Source of the DNA: Vibrio alginolyticus NBRC 15630 = ATCC 17749
GTDB lineage: Bacteria > Pseudomonadota > Gammaproteobacteria > Enterobacterales > Vibrionaceae
Length of the DNA: 32,000 bases
Reading direction: 5' to 3'
NCBI RefSeq assembly: GCF_000354175.2
Contig: NC_022349.1
Location: forward strand, 2,490,001 to 2,522,000
The translations under genes were made by a program, and so were the position numbers. This document shows, piece after piece, positions 27,701 through 32,000 of the stretch (position 1 is the stretch's first letter; the number at the start of each line of letters is the position of its first letter). The notes under the pieces were generated by a model, which worked only from the letters and a program-made list of their open reading frames with translations, was not told the DNA's origin and searched no databases.

Positions 27701-28917
27701 TGGCGGCATTTGAGTACAAAGCGCTAGATGCAAAAGGCAAGCATAAAAAAGGCACGATAGAAGGGGACAACGCCCGACAAGTGCGCCAGCGACTCAAAGA
27801 GCAAGGGATGATCCCGATTGAAGTGGTTGAGACGAAAGCTAAATCGGCTAAGTCTTCAGGCTCAGTCAGCTTTAAGCGCGGCATCTCAACATCTGAGCTG
27901 GCACTCATCACACGTCAATTGTCCACGTTAGTCCAATCAGGCATGCCTCTGGAAGAATGTTTGCGCGCGGTCTCTGAGCAGGCTGAAAAGCCGAGAATTC
28001 GTTCTATGCTGGCTGCGGTTCGCTCGAAAGTAACCGAGGGTTATCCGCTCGCCGACAGTTTTGCTGATTACCCACACGTGTTTGATGAACTGTACCGCTC
28101 TATGGTTGCGGCGGGCGAAAAATCAGGTCACCTCGATACCGTATTAGAGCGTTTGGCAGACTATGTCGAAAACCGCCAAAAGATGCGATCTAAATTGCTT
28201 CAAGCCATGATTTATCCTGTAGTTTTGGTGGTATTCGCGGTTGTCATCGTTTCGTTCTTATTGGCGACAGTGGTTCCTAAAATCATTGAACCCATCATTC
28301 AGATGGGCCAAGAGTTACCTCAATCGACGCAATTTTTACTGGCAGCCAGTGAGTTTGTGCAAGATTGGGGGCTGATTATTTTCGTTGTGCTGGTGGCGCT
28401 TTTCTATGGCCTCAAACTGGCGTTGCAAAAGCCAGACTTTCGCTTAGCTTGGGACAGAAAAATCTTGAGCTTACCGCTAATAGGTAAGATCTCTCGAGGT
28501 TTGAATACCGCACGATTCGCACGAACACTTTCGATCTGTACTTCCAGTGCTATTCCAATTCTCGAGGGTATGCGCGTTGCGGTAGATGTTATGTCTAACC
28601 GTTATGTGAAGCAGCAAGTCTTGCTTGCAGCGGATAACGTCCGAGAGGGCGCTAGTTTGCGTAAGGCGTTGGACCAAACTCGCTTGTTTCCACCAATGAT
28701 GCTACACATGATCGCCAGTGGTGAGCAAAGTGGTGAATTAGAGAGCATGTTGACGCGGGCAGCCGATAACCAAGATCAAAACTTTGAATCAACAGTCAAT
28801 ATTGCTCTGGGTGTGTTTACTCCTGCGCTGATTGCATTAATGGCTGGATTAGTGTTGTTCATTGTGATGGCGACCTTGATGCCAATGCTAGAAATGAATA
28901 ACTTGATGAGCGGATAA
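27700..28917 (+). CDS. gspF: Type II secretion inner-membrane platform protein (EpsF/GspF)
   Basis: 405 aa starting [14 protein letters not shown], with a duplicated GspF domain and three TM segments. TAATG overlap with gspE. Confidence 0.96.
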   Translation: MAAFEYKALDAKGKHKKGTIEGDNARQVRQRLKEQGMIPIEVVETKAKSAKSSGSVSFKRGISTSELALITRQLSTLVQSGMPLEECLRAVSEQAEKPRIRSMLAAVRSKVTEGYPLADSFADYPHVFDELYRSMVAAGEKSGHLDTVLERLADYVENRQKMRSKLLQAMIYPVVLVVFAVVIVSFLLATVVPKIIEPIIQMGQELPQSTQFLLAASEFVQDWGLIIFVVLVALFYGLKLALQKPDFRLAWDRKILSLPLIGKISRGLNTARFARTLSICTSSAIPILEGMRVAVDVMSNRYVKQQVLLAADNVREGASLRKALDQTRLFPPMMLHMIASGEQSGELESMLTRAADNQDQNFESTVNIALGVFTPALIALMAGLVLFIVMATLMPMLEMNNLMSG

Positions 28918-28976
28918 TTTCGAATTAAGACGTGTCTACTAACGGCATGGCTTTAATCTAACTTTCGGAGAAAAAA

Positions 28977-29420
28977 ATGAAGTTTAAGCGTAGTAAACAA
29001 CAGGGTTTTACACTTTTAGAAGTGATGGTTGTTGTCGTTATCCTGGGTATTTTGGCAAGTTTTGTTGTTCCAAACCTATTGGGTAACAAAGAGAAGGCAG
29101 ACCAACAAAAAGCGATTACGGACATTGTCGCGTTGGAAAATGCCTTAGATATGTACAAGTTGGACAATAGCGTTTACCCAACAACGGACCAAGGTCTAGA
29201 AGCATTGGTTAGCAAGCCATCTAACCCAGAGCCACGCAACTACCGTGATGGTGGTTACATCAAACGTCTTCCTAATGACCCTTGGGGCAACCAGTACCAA
29301 TACTTAAGCCCAGGTGATAACGGTACAATCGATATCTTCACTCTAGGCGCAGATGGCCAAGAGGGTGGAGAAGGTCCAGCTGCAGATATTGGCAACTGGA
29401 ACATGCAAGACTTCCAATAA
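28977..29420 (+). CDS. gspG: Type II secretion major pseudopilin (EpsG/GspG)
   Basis: 147 aa with the prepilin peptidase site KQQG/FTLLEVMVVV and a conserved GspG core (DPWGNQYQYLSPG). Confidence 0.96.
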   Translation: MKFKRSKQQGFTLLEVMVVVVILGILASFVVPNLLGNKEKADQQKAITDIVALENALDMYKLDNSVYPTTDQGLEALVSKPSNPEPRNYRDGGYIKRLPNDPWGNQYQYLSPGDNGTIDIFTLGADGQEGGEGPAADIGNWNMQDFQ

Positions 29421-29440
29421 TTGAGCCTAAGCCAGCACTA

Positions 29441-30049
29441 ATGAAACAAATGCGAAAACATAACGGTTTTACATTGATAGAAATTCTATTGGTGCTGGTT
29501 TTGCTATCTCTTACGGCTGTGGCCGTGATCTCGACGTTACCGACTAGCCAAAAAGATCTTTCCAAACAGTATGCTCAAAGCTTTTTTCAGCGTTTACAGC
29601 TGCTCAATGAAGAAGCGGTGCTGAGCGGTAAAGATTTTGGCGTTCGAGTGGATGATGCCAAATCGACCTACGCTCTACTGAGTTTAACCTCAGAAGGTTG
29701 GCAGCCTCTGAAATTAAAGCAGATTCCGAGCAAAACCAAGCTAGAAGAAGATATTACGCTACAACTCGAGCTCGGAGGTGGTGCTTGGGATAATGATGAG
29801 CGCTTATTCAAACCAGGTTCTCTTTTTGATGAAGACATGTTCGCAGAAGAAGAGGACGAAAAGAAAATTGAGCCACCGCAAGTGTTTATATTTTCCAGCG
29901 CCGAAGTCACGCCATTTACCCTGTCTTTTTTTCCGCAAAATGGTGATGCCTTTAATGACGGTTGGCGAGTCATTGGCAAAGAAAGTGGACAAATTTTGTT
30001 ATTAGCTCCGGGCGAAGAAGTGAAAGAGGATGAGAATGCGCAATTTTAA
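29441..30049 (+). CDS. gspH: Type II secretion minor pseudopilin (EpsH/GspH)
   Basis: 202 aa with the prepilin site KHNG/FTLIEILLVL. Position in the operon fits gspH. Confidence 0.85.
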   Translation: MKQMRKHNGFTLIEILLVLVLLSLTAVAVISTLPTSQKDLSKQYAQSFFQRLQLLNEEAVLSGKDFGVRVDDAKSTYALLSLTSEGWQPLKLKQIPSKTKLEEDITLQLELGGGAWDNDERLFKPGSLFDEDMFAEEEDEKKIEPPQVFIFSSAEVTPFTLSFFPQNGDAFNDGWRVIGKESGQILLLAPGEEVKEDENAQF

Positions 30050-30425
30050 GCAAGCTCACCCAAATTTGAGTCATCGCCGGACGAGAGGCATGACCTTACT
30101 GGAAGTATTGGTCGCACTGGCAATTTTCGCCACCGCTGCCATCAGTGTCATTCGCTCCGTGAGCCAGCATATTAATACAATCAGTTATTTAGAAGAAAAA
30201 ATGTTTGCAGCCATGGTTGTGGATAATCAGATGGCAAATGTGATGTTGAATACCGGAGAACTCAAAGCGAAAAACGGCACAGAAGAGCTGGCAGGACGCA
30301 CTTGGTTCTGGAAAGTCACGCCAGTCGCCACGACGCAGCCATTGCTGAAAGCATTTGATGTGAGCGTCTCGGTAGAGAAAAGCGCGAGCCCTGTAGTAAC
30401 GGTACGAAGCTATGTGGCGCAATAA
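30036..30425 (+). CDS. gspI: Type II secretion minor pseudopilin (EpsI/GspI)
   Basis: Prepilin site RTRG/MTLLEVLVALAIF. ATG 30036 has GAGGA 5 nt upstream, whereas ATG 30030 has no spacer. Overlaps the gspH 3' end. Confidence 0.85.
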   Translation: MRNFKQAHPNLSHRRTRGMTLLEVLVALAIFATAAISVIRSVSQHINTISYLEEKMFAAMVVDNQMANVMLNTGELKAKNGTEELAGRTWFWKVTPVATTQPLLKAFDVSVSVEKSASPVVTVRSYVAQ

Positions 30426-31089
30426 TAATCCCCGCGCAAATACGCGCCAAAGGGTAAAAGGTTTTACACTTATTGAAGTGTTGGTATCGATTGCCATCTT
30501 TGCCAGTTTAAGTGTCGCTGCGTACCAAGTGGTATCGCAAGTACAGCGTAGCAATGCGCTATCACAAGAACGAACCCAACGCTTAAACGAAATTCAGCGT
30601 GCCATGGTGATGATGGATAACGATTTTCGTCAAATGGCGATGCGTCAAACACGTACTAATGGTGAAGAGCCTGCTAGCCGGCTAATTTTTTGGTCCGATT
30701 ACCTGTTGGACTCCGATACCAAAGGACTGATGTTTGCCCGTTTAGGTTGGCACAACCCTCAGCAGCAGTTCCCTCGTGGAGAAGTAACCAAGGTTGGCTA
30801 TCGCTTAAAAGAAGAAACACTACAGCGAGTATGGTGGCGCTATCCTGATACGCCGGTTGGGCAACAAGGTACTGTTACTCCATTGCTAACGCAGGTCGAG
30901 TCATTTGATATGCGTTTCTATGATGGTAAGCAATGGAAAAAAGAGTGGGCTGAAGAAAAAGCGCTGCCGAAAGCGGTTTCTGTTGTTCTAACTCTCAAAG
31001 ACTATGGAGAAATTACCCGCACTTATCTCACTCCTGATGGCACATTGAGTCAGAAAGAGGAAAGTTCAGGAGACAGCAATAATGGTTAA
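30412..31089 (+). CDS. gspJ: Type II secretion minor pseudopilin (EpsJ/GspJ)
   Basis: 225 aa with the prepilin site [17 protein letters not shown]. Overlaps gspI by 14 nt. Confidence 0.87.
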   Translation: MWRNNNPRANTRQRVKGFTLIEVLVSIAIFASLSVAAYQVVSQVQRSNALSQERTQRLNEIQRAMVMMDNDFRQMAMRQTRTNGEEPASRLIFWSDYLLDSDTKGLMFARLGWHNPQQQFPRGEVTKVGYRLKEETLQRVWWRYPDTPVGQQGTVTPLLTQVESFDMRFYDGKQWKKEWAEEKALPKAVSVVLTLKDYGEITRTYLTPDGTLSQKEESSGDSNNG

Positions 31090-32000
31090 CCGTCAGCGCG
31101 GTGTTGCTTTGATTATAGTGTTGATGTTGCTGGCGATTATGGCGACGGTTGCCGCCAGCATGTCGGAACGTTTGTTCTTGCAGTTTCAGCGAGGCGCTAA
31201 TCAAATCAATTACCAGCAAGCGTACTGGTACAGCCTTGGCGTCGAGGCGCTAGCAAAAGTGGGTATCGAACAAAGTTATAAAGACACCGATACGATTAAT
31301 ATGAGTCAACCGTGGGCGATAAAAGAGCAAGTCTATCCGTTAGATTATGGTCAAGCGGCGGGACGAATTAGAGACAAGCAAGCGTGCTTTAATCTAAATG
31401 TATTGAGTCGTGTGCAACCAACGGGTCAGCAAATTACAAGACCATATTTAGTGAATGTATTGCAGCGCATATTAGAAGAGTTGGATGTCGAGCCATATCA
31501 AGCAGAAATCATTGCAGACTCTACTTGGGAATACATTGATGCTGATGACTCTGTCCGTTCGACTACTGGGGTTGAAGACAGCACATATGAAGCGATGAAA
31601 CCTTCCTATTTGGCATCAAATGGTTGGATGGCAGATGCTTCCGAGTTACGGGCTGTCTATCAGGTGAGTGGTGAAATTTTCCAAAAATTGGAGCCGTTGG
31701 TCTGTGCATTGCCAAGTGATGACTGGCGTTTAAACGTGAATACGATTGATGTTGAGCAAGCTCCGATTTTGGTGGCAATGTTCTCACCAAACTTAAGCAG
31801 TAGTGATGCGATTCAGCTAATTGAAAAACGCCCATTTGATGGGTGGGATAGCATTGATGAATTTTTAGCAGAGTCAGAAATGGCTGGCTTAAGTGAAGAT
31901 GTAAAGAAAAACGCCAAAGGCTATTTGGGTGTAGATAGCGCCTTTTTTGAATTGGATGCACAAGTGTTGGTGGATGAATCACGTGTACGTATCCGAAGCC
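31082..32000 (+). CDS. gspK: Type II secretion minor pseudopilin (EpsK/GspK), 3'-truncated by the window end
   Basis: Not in the ORF track because no stop falls in the window. My hand translation from ATG 31082 is open to position 32000: [26 protein letters not shown]...QPWA...ACFNLNVL...[15 protein letters not shown]...ASELRAV... These are typical GspK features. Overlaps gspJ by 8 nt. Confidence 0.85.
   Translation, partial: MVNRQRGVALIIVLMLLAIMATVAASMSERLFLQFQRGANQINYQQAYWYSLGVEALAKVGIEQSYKDTDTINMSQPWAIKEQVYPLDYGQAAGRIRDKQACFNLNVLSRVQPTGQQITRPYLVNVLQRILEELDVEPYQAEIIADSTWEYIDADDSVRSTTGVEDSTYEAMKPSYLASNGWMADASELRAVYQVSGEIFQKLEPLVCALPSDDWRLNVNTIDVEQAPILVAMFSPNLSSSDAIQLIEKRPFDGWDSIDEFLAESEMAGLSEDVKKNAKGYLGVDSAFFELDAQVLVDESRVRIRS

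Noticed and set aside
1-32000. I searched for a mobile element, defence island, CRISPR array, prophage fragment or other accessory system, as the task suggested.
   Set aside because: I saw no transposase, integrase or recombinase-like ORFs and no short repeat-spacer periodicity. There are no tRNA or rRNA genes or att-like direct repeats bounding a segment. Every large ORF matches a conserved housekeeping family, in an order largely syntenic with E. coli and Vibrio core loci. I conclude that the window is ordinary core genome.

Overview
This window looks like ordinary, densely packed core genome from a Vibrio-type (Vibrionaceae) large chromosome. I do not see a convincingly novel system in it. 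Species cannot be fixed without a database search. Gene order: yihI, a DUF2489-like gene and hemN (+); add, a dCache/HAMP/GGDEF/EAL sensor, ntrC, ntrB, a DUF4124-like secreted protein and glnA (all -); typA and a small AAA_28-type ATPase (+); a DUF2959-like lipoprotein (-); yihY, dtd and yiiD/fabY (+); an AsmA-like envelope protein, pckA, hslO and hslR (-); then the type II secretion (Eps/Gsp) operon gspC-D-E-F-G-H-I-J-K (+), with gspK running off the window end. gspK is absent from the ORF track, so I translated it by hand. Regulatory signals readable from the sequence are a sigma54 -24/-12 promoter with an NtrC half-site cluster upstream of glnA, an NtrC box in front of ntrB, a sigma32-type promoter for hslR-hslO, and several clean rho-independent terminators. 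Six ORF-track starts appear too long (ntrB, the ATPase, dtd, yiiD, hslO, gspI), and I give corrected coordinates. I found no transposase or integrase ORFs, tRNA or rRNA genes, CRISPR-like repeat arrays or obvious foreign islands. All large ORFs are intact and match housekeeping families. The findings are therefore modest, mostly about regulatory architecture and a few poorly characterised conserved genes. All family assignments come from motif recognition and remembered homologs, not from searches.
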